Positions 14,889 through 23,141 of a stretch of 64,000 nucleotides of DNA are shown one piece after another. The stretch's first letter is position 1. Every line of letters begins with the position of its first letter. The notes beneath the pieces are model-generated. The model was not told the DNA's origin and made no database searches. It saw only the letters and a list, made by a program, of their open reading frames with translations. The stretch is from a virus. Taxonomy: Duplodnaviria; Heunggongvirae; Uroviricota; Caudoviricetes. A program made the translations under genes and the position numbers. The DNA lies in IMG/VR virus record IMGVR_UViG_3300042870_001427, positions 36,147-100,146 of that record, one strand, 5' to 3'.

Positions 14889-15407
14889 GTGAAAGGTACT
14901 ACTAAAATGTTCTTGACGGGTATGGTTGTGACTATCCTGGTCATGAAACCATCGGTAGGTGTAGCTTTTGTTACTGCTATTTCTAACGGTATATCTACTG
15001 TTGCGAATGCAATGCATGAACCTACTGTACGCCATGAGCCTCCTGTTGTTGTGCAGGCTAATGATGATGAGTTTAAGGTCAAGATTATGTCTCTGTTTGA
15101 TAAACTATTCGAACGTCTAGATAAGAAAGAAGAACCTAAAGAGGAATTTATTACCTCCGGGCCACTTGCACCTGATGATACTCCTGTAGTTGTTACCCCT
15201 AGTTCTAAGGAGGTAGCATATAACCAGGCCTTGGCCGAGCAGGCTATTCTTGAGCGTCATGAACGGTATACAGGTGAAGATCCTATTGTTCGTAAACGGC
15301 TCAACCTACCTCCTAAACTTAAATCTATCGATCAGTTCGAGTATAAGGACGAGGTGAGTGCTGCAACGTTTGATAAAGAGTTTGCTGCAAAGGTGGGTAA
15401 GAAATAA
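14889..15407 (+). CDS. hypothetical protein with N-terminal hydrophobic segment
   Basis: RBS GAGGTG, GTG start, 172 aa. Confidence 0.7.
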   Translation: MKGTTKMFLTGMVVTILVMKPSVGVAFVTAISNGISTVANAMHEPTVRHEPPVVVQANDDEFKVKIMSLFDKLFERLDKKEEPKEEFITSGPLAPDDTPVVVTPSSKEVAYNQALAEQAILERHERYTGEDPIVRKRLNLPPKLKSIDQFEYKDEVSAATFDKEFAAKVGKK

Positions 15408-15739
15408 TGGATCCGTCTCTTGCAGTATCTCTAGCTGGACTGGCCTTCACATTGTTTGCCGGTCCGAGTTACGCATATAAATATCAGGAGTTAGAAGGTA
15501 GCAAGTTATGTGACTTCTCTAACATCCAGGTCTTGCAAAAGAACGATCAAAAGATCTATCTTAAGTATGATCAAACAGTCTTTGTAATGTATCAGAAGCC
15601 TACTAACAAGGGTGTTAAGAACGTTAAAAGATTTGAAACGACTAATGGCGGGGTTGTATTTTTACAGTTACCTGAAAAGGCAATGTTGCTTGATAACGTA
15701 AGAATGAAACCTATATTAAACGAATGTAAGAATATATGA
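15407..15739 (+). CDS. hypothetical exported protein
   Basis: TAATG coupling; signal-peptide-like N-terminus. Confidence 0.7.
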   Translation: MDPSLAVSLAGLAFTLFAGPSYAYKYQELEGSKLCDFSNIQVLQKNDQKIYLKYDQTVFVMYQKPTNKGVKNVKRFETTNGGVVFLQLPEKAMLLDNVRMKPILNECKNI

Positions 15740-15746
15740 GGTGGAT

Positions 15747-15959
15747 ATGTCAGATGGTGGTAAAGGATCAAAGCCTAGACCCATAAGCATAACTCAACAT
15801 GAATACGATACTAGGTGGGATGCTATATTTGGCCGTGATATACCAGAGGATAACACGGGTACAGATAAGAATGAGTACTCAGATGTACTAACCACTGAAG
15901 ATTGTATCATTAATATGCCAGGCACAATTGGAAGTGCCAAGATGGTTTTTAAAGAATAA
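15747..15959 (+). CDS. small hypothetical protein
   Basis: MSDGGKGSKPRP N-terminus; RBS GAGGTG. Confidence 0.6.
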   Translation: MSDGGKGSKPRPISITQHEYDTRWDAIFGRDIPEDNTGTDKNEYSDVLTTEDCIINMPGTIGSAKMVFKE

Positions 15960-15963
15960 TAAT

Positions 15964-16037
15964 ATCTCGTTGGTGTAATGGTAGCACAAGAAACTCCAAA
16001 TCTCTTGGCGGGAGTTCGATTCTCTCACGGGATACCA
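15964..16037 (+). tRNA. second tRNA-Trp(CCA), divergent
   Basis: CTCCAAA loop; one anticodon-stem mismatch; A73. Confidence 0.72.
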
Positions 16038-16048
16038 GTAGGATAGTT

Positions 16049-16732
16049 ATGGAATATATTGATCGCTTTGACTTGTTCCCAACCCCGGTATTGAGGTATG
16101 GATTCAAGGACATTGAACTTCATCATGAAAACCTTGTCAAGTACCTTGCAAGAGACGACTTGTATTTCAAGGACAAGGAACGTAACGGCGTTCAAACAAC
16201 CGATGGTGATCTCTTTAACCACAAAGAGATGGAACCAGTATACAACTTATTTACCGAATGCTTCAATGATGCTATGGATAAGTTAGGTTACGAAAAAGAT
16301 CACGGTATTATTTCAATGTGGGCCACCAGACAAAGGGATGGCGGATTCCATCATCAGCACATTCATAAGAATACTTTTCTTGCCGCTGTACTCTATCTCT
16401 TTGACATAGACGGTACAGCCAGCGGTACCACATTTCATAATCTTAATCGTAACCTTCATCAAATTGATCCGCGTCATAAAAAAGATGCTGATCGGTTCTT
16501 CAAAGATAGTGAAAATGTTCCATTCATAAACGGTACAGTGTTGGTGTTTCCTGGATGGGCATCCCATTCAACCATTCCTTCACCAAGCCGCTATAGAATA
16601 ATGGTAGCTGCTAATATGATGCCGATTGGTCGTACGACCTCCGATCATTACGATCAGTACTACTACCATGACCCCAAGGAAAAGGGTTACCTAAATCTAG
16701 TAGATCATATCAAAGAAGGATACAGTAAGTAA
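16049..16732 (+). CDS. TIGR02466-like putative 2OG-Fe(II) oxygenase
   Basis: LFPTP, HHQHIHKNTFLAAVLYL, VFPGWASHST. Confidence 0.8.
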   Translation: MEYIDRFDLFPTPVLRYGFKDIELHHENLVKYLARDDLYFKDKERNGVQTTDGDLFNHKEMEPVYNLFTECFNDAMDKLGYEKDHGIISMWATRQRDGGFHHQHIHKNTFLAAVLYLFDIDGTASGTTFHNLNRNLHQIDPRHKKDADRFFKDSENVPFINGTVLVFPGWASHSTIPSPSRYRIMVAANMMPIGRTTSDHYDQYYYHDPKEKGYLNLVDHIKEGYSK

Positions 16733-16733
16733 T

Positions 16734-16809
16734 GCGGGTGTAGCTCAGTTGGTAGAGCATTACCTTGCCAAGGTAAATGTCGTCGGTTCGAACCCGATCG
16801 CCCGCTCCA
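16734..16809 (+). tRNA. tRNA-Gly(GCC)
   Basis: TTACC-TTGCCAA-GGTAA. Confidence 0.95.
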
Positions 16810-16830
16810 TTTTTTACCTGCTTAAATTTA

Positions 16831-16904
16831 GCTCCTATAGTTAAATGGTATAACACGTCCTTGGTAAGGACGAATTCCAAGTTCAATTCTCGGTGGGAGC
16901 ACCA
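16831..16904 (+). tRNA. tRNA-Thr(GGU)
   Basis: CGTCC-TTGGTAA-GGACG. Confidence 0.9.
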
Positions 16905-16905
16905 G

Positions 16906-16934
16906 TTGCATTAAATTACGGTATGAGTTATAAT
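16906..16934 (+). promoter_or_regulatory. sigma70 promoter
   Basis: TTGCAT-N17-TATAAT. Confidence 0.7.
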
Positions 16935-16940
16935 CTAAGT

Positions 16941-17156
16941 ATGAAACAGGCTGGTAGCTTAATGGTAAAGCAGGGAACTCATAATTCCTTGAGTGGGGGT
17001 TCAATTCCCTCCCAGCCTACCATTGACGAGCTTAGGAAACTAGGCAAGTGGCCATTCCCTCAATGGGAGAATGGTAGTATAGTCCAATTAAAGGTTAAGA
17101 CACCTCGTGTGCCAAAGCCGGATTGGTTTAAAGAAGCAGGTGAAGCACCTTTTTGA
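16941..17156 (+). CDS. possible small protein whose 5' part spans tRNA-Ile2
   Basis: ATG at the expected TSS; open frame through the tRNA to ...WPFPQWENG...EAPF. Confidence 0.35.
   Translation: MKQAGSLMVKQGTHNSLSGGSIPSQPTIDELRKLGKWPFPQWENGSIVQLKVKTPRVPKPDWFKEAGEAPF
16948..17022 (+). tRNA. tRNA(CAU), probably Ile2 (lysidine type)
   Basis: GGGAA-CTCATAA-TTCCT; A1:U72. Confidence 0.85.
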
Positions 17157-17163
17157 GGTCAAT

Positions 17164-17643
17164 ATGAAGAATCTAGATTTAGAAGAAGTAAAGGCATACA
17201 TTCAAGCCCAGAGCCCAGAAACCAAGATATACATTGGTGCTGACTCCGAACGTTATCAAAAAATAGTTAACGGTCGTAATGAATGGTTTGCCGATTACAT
17301 TCTTGTAGTTGTAGTTCATATTGACGGTTGCCATGGATGTAAGATCTTTGGTGAAGTTCAAACTGAACGTGACTTCGATAGAAAAGCAAGCCGTCCATCA
17401 ACTCGTCTTATGACTGAGGTATACAAAGTTGCAGAACTGTACCTTAGAATGGAAGAGGTGTTGGATGGTAGAGATGTTGAAGTTCACCTGGACATTAACC
17501 CTAATGAAATGTACAACAGCAGCATTGTGGTGCAGCAAGCTATTGGATACATCAAGGGTGTGTGTAGTGTAACTCCAAAAGTCAAACCTCAGGCTTTTGC
17601 AGCTTCGTATGCAGCTGATAGATTTAAATCAGTGATGAATTAA
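17164..17643 (+). CDS. RNase H-like YkuK/DUF458 protein
   Basis: KIYIGADS, RLMTEV, EVHLDIN, VKP.AFAASYAAD; RBS GAGG before ATG 17164. Confidence 0.8.
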   Translation: MKNLDLEEVKAYIQAQSPETKIYIGADSERYQKIVNGRNEWFADYILVVVVHIDGCHGCKIFGEVQTERDFDRKASRPSTRLMTEVYKVAELYLRMEEVLDGRDVEVHLDINPNEMYNSSIVVQQAIGYIKGVCSVTPKVKPQAFAASYAADRFKSVMN

Positions 17644-17651
17644 CATCTGTT

Positions 17652-17734
17652 GCGGGTGTGGTGGAAAGGTAGACACAGGAGACTTAAAATCTCCCGCCTA
17701 GAGCGTGCCGGTTCGAATCCGGCCACCCGTACCA
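17652..17734 (+). tRNA. tRNA-Leu(UAA)
   Basis: GGAGA-CTTAAAA-TCTCC; long variable arm. Confidence 0.95.
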
Positions 17735-17773
17735 ATAAATAGTGGTATACTTTGAAATCTCAAAGGAGATACC

Positions 17774-18013
17774 ATGAAGCTTACTGCATCCGAACGCAAC
17801 CATCTCAACGAGATGATTGAAACCCAAACGTTCTACGGAATCCCGCTGGAACAGGTTACCCAGGAAATACTGGAAGAAATCGACCACACCGAGGCACGTA
17901 CCCTTTACATCGTCGCCTGCATGCTTGGATGGGATATGAGGGACAAGGAATCCCTGGATCACTTTCCCTACGAGGCAGAAGAATACCTCAAGAAATTCCA
18001 ACTAATTCAGTAA
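17774..18013 (+). CDS. hypothetical protein
   Basis: RBS AAGGAG; GC-richer than its neighbours. Confidence 0.7.
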   Translation: MKLTASERNHLNEMIETQTFYGIPLEQVTQEILEEIDHTEARTLYIVACMLGWDMRDKESLDHFPYEAEEYLKKFQLIQ

Positions 18014-18037
18014 TAAAAAATAGTTACTTTTCGTAAG

Positions 18038-18066
18038 TTGCCTTAATTTCGTAATGTCGTTATAAT
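18038..18066 (+). promoter_or_regulatory. sigma70 promoter
   Basis: TTGCCT-N17-TATAAT. Confidence 0.7.
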
Positions 18067-18111
18067 CATAGTGTGGACTCTGAAACCCACAAACTTTAGA
18101 AAGACTTTATT

Positions 18112-18450
18112 ATGAATAAACTTGAAACTGCAATTGAGATCGTTAAGGCCGGTAATGGTGATAAGAAACTTCTGCTGGCTAATATCCAGAACGCTTTGGG
18201 CGTGACTCGTGCTAACGCATCTGTCTATCTCTTCAAAGCTAATAAGGTAATTGAGACTGGTGAGCCTGTAGAGGTGAAAGAAACTAAGGTGAAGGCTGTT
18301 AAGGTCGAGCCTACTGTTGAGTTCGAGGTATCTGAAGAAGATCAACTTGCCTACCATGAATCTATGGCCGAACGCTCTGCCTCTGGCCTCTCCGTTATGT
18401 CTATCCAGGAATGGAAAGAGATGACTGAGAATCTTAAGGCCTTTGCATGA
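18112..18450 (+). CDS. hypothetical HTH-like protein
   Basis: IQNALGVTRANASVYLFK; resembles the C-terminus of the 8290 ORF. Confidence 0.7.
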   Translation: MNKLETAIEIVKAGNGDKKLLLANIQNALGVTRANASVYLFKANKVIETGEPVEVKETKVKAVKVEPTVEFEVSEEDQLAYHESMAERSASGLSVMSIQEWKEMTENLKAFA

Positions 18451-18638
18451 GATTCCGCTCCAAGAAAATGATGGAGTATGAGCATCACTTCGAACAAGAG
18501 GAGATGCTCAAGTACGCCAGCAACCTGATCTATGAATCTAATATGGATCGGGACCAGGTTACTGCTAACTTTGCCGAGGCATACGGTGAAGAAAATCTCT
18601 ACCTTATCGATGAGATTCTAGATGAAGAATTCAGTTGA
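18447..18638 (+). CDS. hypothetical acidic protein
   Basis: ATGA coupling; 63 aa. Confidence 0.6.
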   Translation: MRFRSKKMMEYEHHFEQEEMLKYASNLIYESNMDRDQVTANFAEAYGEENLYLIDEILDEEFS

Positions 18639-18663
18639 TTTATTTTCGTGACTAATCTATAAT
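18635..18663 (+). promoter_or_regulatory. sigma70 promoter
   Basis: TTGATT-N17-TATAAT. Confidence 0.7.
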
Positions 18664-18694
18664 AGATATATCTTAACTTAAATTGGAGTAACAA

Positions 18695-19639
18695 ATGTCT
18701 CATTTAGTAGAAACTATGGCATATGCTGGTGAAGTTCCATGGCATGGACTTGGTAAGTCTGTACCTGCAGATCTTTCGCCTGAGCAGATGTTGAAGGCAG
18801 CCGATCTTGACTGGACGGTCAGCAAGGTTCCTGCATTTGCAAAGATTGGTAACGAAAATAAACCTGTGGGTTGGTCAGCCCTGGTTCGTTCTTCTGACGA
18901 TCGTATTCTCGATGTTGTATCTGATGAATGGAATCCTATTCAGAATTCAGAAGCATTTGAGTTCTTTCACGAGTATTGCCAGAATGGTGATATGGAGATG
19001 CATACTGCTGGTTCCCTTAAGAACGGTCAAGTAGTTTGGGCTCTTGCTAAGGTGAAGGAATCATTCGAATTGTTTAAAGGTGATCAAGTTGACTCTTACC
19101 TCCTATTTACTAATCCTCACCGCTTTGGCCAGTGTATTGATATTCGCTTTACTCCTATTCGTGTGGTATGTAATAATACGCTTACCCTTAGCCTGTCTGA
19201 GAATTCTGATCGTATGGTCAAGAAAAATCACCGTAGCCTCTTCGATGCCTCAAAGGTAAAGGAAGAGTTAGGTATTGCTACGAATAAACTTGCCAAGTAT
19301 AAGGAGATGGCTGAATTCCTTGGAAGCAAGCGCTATACCGATGACACCATCAAGAATTACTTCCGTGAGGTATTTCCTACTCTCTCTAAGAATAAAGAGA
19401 ATGATTCGGAGACTCTGTCGCGTGGTGCTAAGTCAGCCCTGGCCGTCCTCGAGACCCAGCCTGGTGCTAACTTTGCCGAAGGTAGTTGGTGGCAGGCATT
19501 CAATGCGGTTACTTTCTTGACCGATCATAAGATTGGACGTTCGGCTGATACCCGACTACAATCGGCATGGTTCGGTCCTAATAAGAACCTCAAGATCAAG
19601 GCTCTTGAGACCGCAATCGAATACGCCGAAGCAGCATAA
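18695..19639 (+). CDS. DUF932/TIGR03299 phage-plasmid family protein
   Basis: MAY.GEVPWHGLG, TAGSLKNGQVVW, FTPIRVVCNNTL, SWWQAFNAVT..DH. Confidence 0.9.
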   Translation: MSHLVETMAYAGEVPWHGLGKSVPADLSPEQMLKAADLDWTVSKVPAFAKIGNENKPVGWSALVRSSDDRILDVVSDEWNPIQNSEAFEFFHEYCQNGDMEMHTAGSLKNGQVVWALAKVKESFELFKGDQVDSYLLFTNPHRFGQCIDIRFTPIRVVCNNTLTLSLSENSDRMVKKNHRSLFDASKVKEELGIATNKLAKYKEMAEFLGSKRYTDDTIKNYFREVFPTLSKNKENDSETLSRGAKSALAVLETQPGANFAEGSWWQAFNAVTFLTDHKIGRSADTRLQSAWFGPNKNLKIKALETAIEYAEAA

Positions 19640-19642
19640 TAG

Positions 19643-19661
19643 ATGGGGACTGTGTCCCCAT
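19643..19661. terminator. GC hairpin, possible terminator
   Basis: ATGGGGAC-tgt-GTCCCCAT. Confidence 0.5.
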
Positions 19662-19686
19662 AAATATGGTATCTTTTGGAGATACC

Positions 19687-20103
19687 ATGCAACAGTTCAG
19701 AGATTTTTTAACAGAAGCAATGAAGCAAACTAAACTGCCTGAGCCAAAGAAGGAGGCGTCAGGCAAGCCTAAAGTAATGAGCGGTAAAGAAACAATGGAG
19801 CATTTTCCGCGCCCGACGATGGATGCAGTGATGAAACATCCACTATATCAACGTCACATTGCAGGAGCTGAACATAGAGGGTTTGCACATTCTGTTAATA
19901 AATCTTCTGTAGATAATAAATATGATACACATATTGTACATGCTGTAACAGGTGGTACTGGTATCCGTCACAGAATTGACTTTCATATTGGGTTAAGTGG
20001 TCGCAAGGTAACTCATACCGAGCATTTAATTAACAAAGATAATGAAAAGTATCCCGAAGGTCATCCAGCGGCTGGCCAAGTGAAGTGGAAACATATATCA
20101 TAA
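19687..20103 (+). CDS. probable internal head protein (capsid-targeting-like N-terminus)
   Basis: MQQFRDFLTEA resembles the T4 CTS MKTYQEFIAE; ATAAATA late-promoter-like site at ~19660; RBS GGAG. Confidence 0.55.
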   Translation: MQQFRDFLTEAMKQTKLPEPKKEASGKPKVMSGKETMEHFPRPTMDAVMKHPLYQRHIAGAEHRGFAHSVNKSSVDNKYDTHIVHAVTGGTGIRHRIDFHIGLSGRKVTHTEHLINKDNEKYPEGHPAAGQVKWKHIS

Positions 20104-20105
20104 GA

Positions 20106-20510
20106 GTTATTGCTGTATGAAGCAAAGAGAAAAATGTCCTGGACGGGGGTGCGAATCCCCCCAGGTCCACCATAAAGGTTTTAAGTGGAAAATAAACTCA
20201 AGGAATTGCAAGAAAACTTAGCTAAAGATTTAGTTAAATGCGAAGTCCGTGAGGGAATAACACTTACAGAAGAGAACTTGGAAAAGATTTCAGAAACTTA
20301 CTCCAAAGTGTATGATATCATTACAGAGATAAAATCTTTATGATGGGCCTGACCTAGATTCGACAGGGCAAAGAGTAACAGAGTGGACAGCACATCAGAG
20401 AAGATGTTAAAACTAAAACCACGTAAACGCAAACGACGAACAGTTCGCATTAGCAGCCTAAACGCTGCTTAGGGTTTCGGTAGGTTTCCTCGTAACAGAA
20501 TAACCTACCA
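20106..20510 (+). ncRNA. ssrA: two-piece (circularly permuted) tmRNA
   Basis: Acceptor piece ends CAGGTCC-A-CCA (20172); coding piece starts GGGCCTG (20345) with G3:U70; tag ANDEQFALAA* at 20429-20461. Confidence 0.92.
20185..20343 (+). CDS. 52 aa ORF inside the tmRNA intervening segment
   Basis: AAAGG RBS, GTG start; VENKLKELQENLAKDLVKCEVREGITLTEENLEKISETYSKVYDIITEIKSL. Confidence 0.5.
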   Translation: MENKLKELQENLAKDLVKCEVREGITLTEENLEKISETYSKVYDIITEIKSL

Positions 20511-20532
20511 CTTAACTTAAAGGAGTTTTATT

Positions 20533-21075
20533 TTGAAGAAGATCATTAGTGCAACTTTGGTTGCTTTGTCATGCGCAGCATCTGCTGCAGATTATTTTAG
20601 CGTTGATATTGATTCGGTTAACGATCAAGTATCTGGTGCACGTAGCACCGCACAATACATTCGCGCTGGTAAGGAACTTGTTGGCATTCAAATGGGTGTA
20701 CAGGGACGTACTGCTATTTCCCAAGCCGGTGGAATGCTTAGTAGCCTAGAAGTAACTGGTGGTAAGAACATCGGACCTTTCACACCCTTTGTTGGTGTTG
20801 GCTTTGATAACGGCGCAAACGGTGCACGGAATGCCGATTACAAATACGGTTTGGTTGGTGCAACAGCAGGCATGAAAGCTGGTCCAGGTTTTGCATTGGC
20901 CGGTGTTAAGACCCGTCTTGGTACTACAGCAGCAGTTGAGACCAAGCAAACGGTTGTATTCGGTACATACAGTGTTCCAGTTGCCAAAAACGTTGCAGTT
21001 AACTTGAATGCAAGCAAGAGCTATCAGGATATTCAAGAGAACGCATTCGGCCTTGGAGTCGGAATTAGCTTCTAA
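20533..21075 (+). CDS. outer-membrane beta-barrel-like protein
   Basis: Signal peptide MKKIISATLVALSCAASAA; alternating strands; C-terminal GVGISF. Confidence 0.75.
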   Translation: MKKIISATLVALSCAASAADYFSVDIDSVNDQVSGARSTAQYIRAGKELVGIQMGVQGRTAISQAGGMLSSLEVTGGKNIGPFTPFVGVGFDNGANGARNADYKYGLVGATAGMKAGPGFALAGVKTRLGTTAAVETKQTVVFGTYSVPVAKNVAVNLNASKSYQDIQENAFGLGVGISF

Positions 21076-21140
21076 TATAAATATTCGAGGGTTGATGGAT
21101 CCCAATAAAACCATCACACATCACACACAGGAGAAAATTT

Positions 21141-21404
21141 ATGAGTCTAACACCATTCGAGATTCGTCTTGAGCTTTTAAAAATGGCAAAAGATATGGTA
21201 ATGGATGATTTCCATACTAAGCGCAATCAAGCAAGTGAGGACTGGCAAGTAAAGGTCGAAAATTCTCGACACGCCGGTATATCACCTCCAGAACATCCCC
21301 CACTACCCCCATATCCTACTGAGAGTGATATTATTACTCGGGCAAATACCCTTAATGGTTTTGTCAGTCAATTACCTCAATCAATCGTAACCAAAAAAGG
21401 TTAA
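21141..21404 (+). CDS. conserved phage hypothetical protein
   Basis: MSLTPFEIRLELLKMAKD...PPYPTESDII..A..LNGFVS. Confidence 0.75.
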   Translation: MSLTPFEIRLELLKMAKDMVMDDFHTKRNQASEDWQVKVENSRHAGISPPEHPPLPPYPTESDIITRANTLNGFVSQLPQSIVTKKG

Positions 21405-21464
21405 TCGGTAAGTGGATCTTGTCTTCAGGATCCACTATAATAGGGTATAAAAGAAAGGACAATT

Positions 21465-22034
21465 ATGTACGAAGAATACATTGAGAATGCAATGTTCATT
21501 ATTTTAGCATTCATCAAAGCTTTATTCATTCTACTCTTAGGCTACTTTATCTACACCTGCATGTCATGGGCTGTAGGAAGAAGTGTCTATCAATATAACA
21601 CCACCTACTCAACCCCAACCCAGGTGACGTTAAAAGAGCGTGAAAGACAATTACAATGTCTTACTCAGAACATTTATTGGGAGGCAGCTAACGAGCCCTT
21701 CGAAGGCAAGGTGGCAGTAGCCCAGGTAACCCTCAACAGAGCTAAACACGATAAGTTTCCTAATGATGTTTGTAAGGTAGTATACCAGAAGAATATTTTT
21801 TATGAGAAAGTGATCTGCCAATTCTCATGGTATTGTGAGAACAATTACAAGATCAAACCTGTATACAAACCCATGTACGAAGAATCTGAGGCAGTAGCCA
21901 AGAAGGTTCTATTAGAGGGATTCAGGTTAGATGGATTGAAGGAGGCATTATACTATCATGCCGATTACGTTAATCCAAAATGGCGTAAAGAGAAAATTAC
22001 TACCATTGGTCGTCACATCTTCTATAAGGAATAA
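21465..22034 (+). CDS. SleB/Hydrolase_2 cell wall hydrolase
   Basis: CLTQNIYWEAANEPFEGKVAVAQVTLNR, QFSW, YYHADYV.PKW, IGRHIFY. Confidence 0.9.
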   Translation: MYEEYIENAMFIILAFIKALFILLLGYFIYTCMSWAVGRSVYQYNTTYSTPTQVTLKERERQLQCLTQNIYWEAANEPFEGKVAVAQVTLNRAKHDKFPNDVCKVVYQKNIFYEKVICQFSWYCENNYKIKPVYKPMYEESEAVAKKVLLEGFRLDGLKEALYYHADYVNPKWRKEKITTIGRHIFYKE

Positions 22035-22036
22035 AA

Positions 22037-22336
22037 ATGTTAAAACTCGCAGCCTTCTATCTTAAGATAGTTGAACATCTTAAAAGCATCAGTACACAGA
22101 CAATGGGATGGTTGGCTACGTTGCTATTGCACTGTGCCTTTATTCCTAACATCCTAACCGTACTACTAGGGGTATCTGATAGACTTCCTTCAGTAGATGT
22201 GGTATTGTTTATCTGGTCTGGACTCTTACTTATGTTCTTCAGATCAGTCTTTACTAAAGACAACCTAGGTATTATTACCGGTGGTCTTGGATTCTTTATA
22301 CAAGCATTGTTACTTGCGTTAGTGGTATTTAAATAA
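22037..22336 (+). CDS. hypothetical membrane protein
   Basis: Three hydrophobic segments. Confidence 0.7.
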   Translation: MLKLAAFYLKIVEHLKSISTQTMGWLATLLLHCAFIPNILTVLLGVSDRLPSVDVVLFIWSGLLLMFFRSVFTKDNLGIITGGLGFFIQALLLALVVFK

Positions 22337-22578
22337 TGGATGAGTTAGAATTAGCGTTCACAAAAACACCATCAGACTTTATGATGGAAATTGATAAGAT
22401 AGCTGAGGACAAAAGACTCAGCTACATAGATGCTGTTATATACTTTTGTGAAAGGCATGGGGTGGAAATTGAAACTGCTGCATCATTGATCAAGGGTAGT
22501 GCCAAAATGAAAGCAAAGGTTCAGCTTGATGCTGAAGAACAAAATTATTTACCAAAGACAAGGAAACTTCCGTTATGA
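22336..22578 (+). CDS. 33: late transcription coactivator gp33
   Basis: F..EID.I..D..LSYIDAV...CE..G.E.E..A.LI...K.K...DA...N.L. Confidence 0.88.
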   Translation: MDELELAFTKTPSDFMMEIDKIAEDKRLSYIDAVIYFCERHGVEIETAASLIKGSAKMKAKVQLDAEEQNYLPKTRKLPL

Positions 22579-23141
22579 CTACATTACCACAACACCTGGG
22601 CGGGCATGAAAATGAAACACATATTGACGATGGCGCACTTAGTTACTTTATTGAAAATCTTGGCGTTAAGTCTATGGTCGATATTGGCTGTGGTCCTGGT
22701 GGTATGGTTGATCTTGCTAGGAGAAAGGGTCTCGATATTATTGGACTTGATGGAGACTATTCTATTGAGCGCCCATCCGAGATTAACGACCTGATTAAGA
22801 TACATGACTTTGTTGCTGGGCCTTACCAGCTAGACAAGACCTATGACCTGGCCTGGACGGTTGAGTTCGTAGAGCACGTAGAAGAAAAATACATGGATAA
22901 CTTTATCGATGTTATGAAGCAATGTAGATACGTGATTATGACTCATGCCTTCCCCGGGCAACCAGGTCATCATCACGTCAATTGTCAACATGCAACCTAC
23001 TGGTTACGTGAAATGGAGAAACGTGGATTTCAATATGATAGCTTCACTACAATGGCCGTACGCAATGTCTCAACAATGCGTGAACGTTATATTAGACAAC
23101 AGAGTTTATTCTTCGTAAATGGAAGCCTTTCAAGCGTATAA
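22575..23141 (+). CDS. class I SAM-dependent methyltransferase
   Basis: MVDIGCGPG, YDLAWTVEFVEHV, PGQPGHHHVNCQ. Confidence 0.85.
   Translation: MTTLPQHLGGHENETHIDDGALSYFIENLGVKSMVDIGCGPGGMVDLARRKGLDIIGLDGDYSIERPSEINDLIKIHDFVAGPYQLDKTYDLAWTVEFVEHVEEKYMDNFIDVMKQCRYVIMTHAFPGQPGHHHVNCQHATYWLREMEKRGFQYDSFTTMAVRNVSTMRERYIRQQSLFFVNGSLSSV

Noticed and set aside
254-17734. Stop-codon reassignment
   Set aside because: No CUA, UUA or UCA anticodon tRNAs, and core genes are intact under the standard code.
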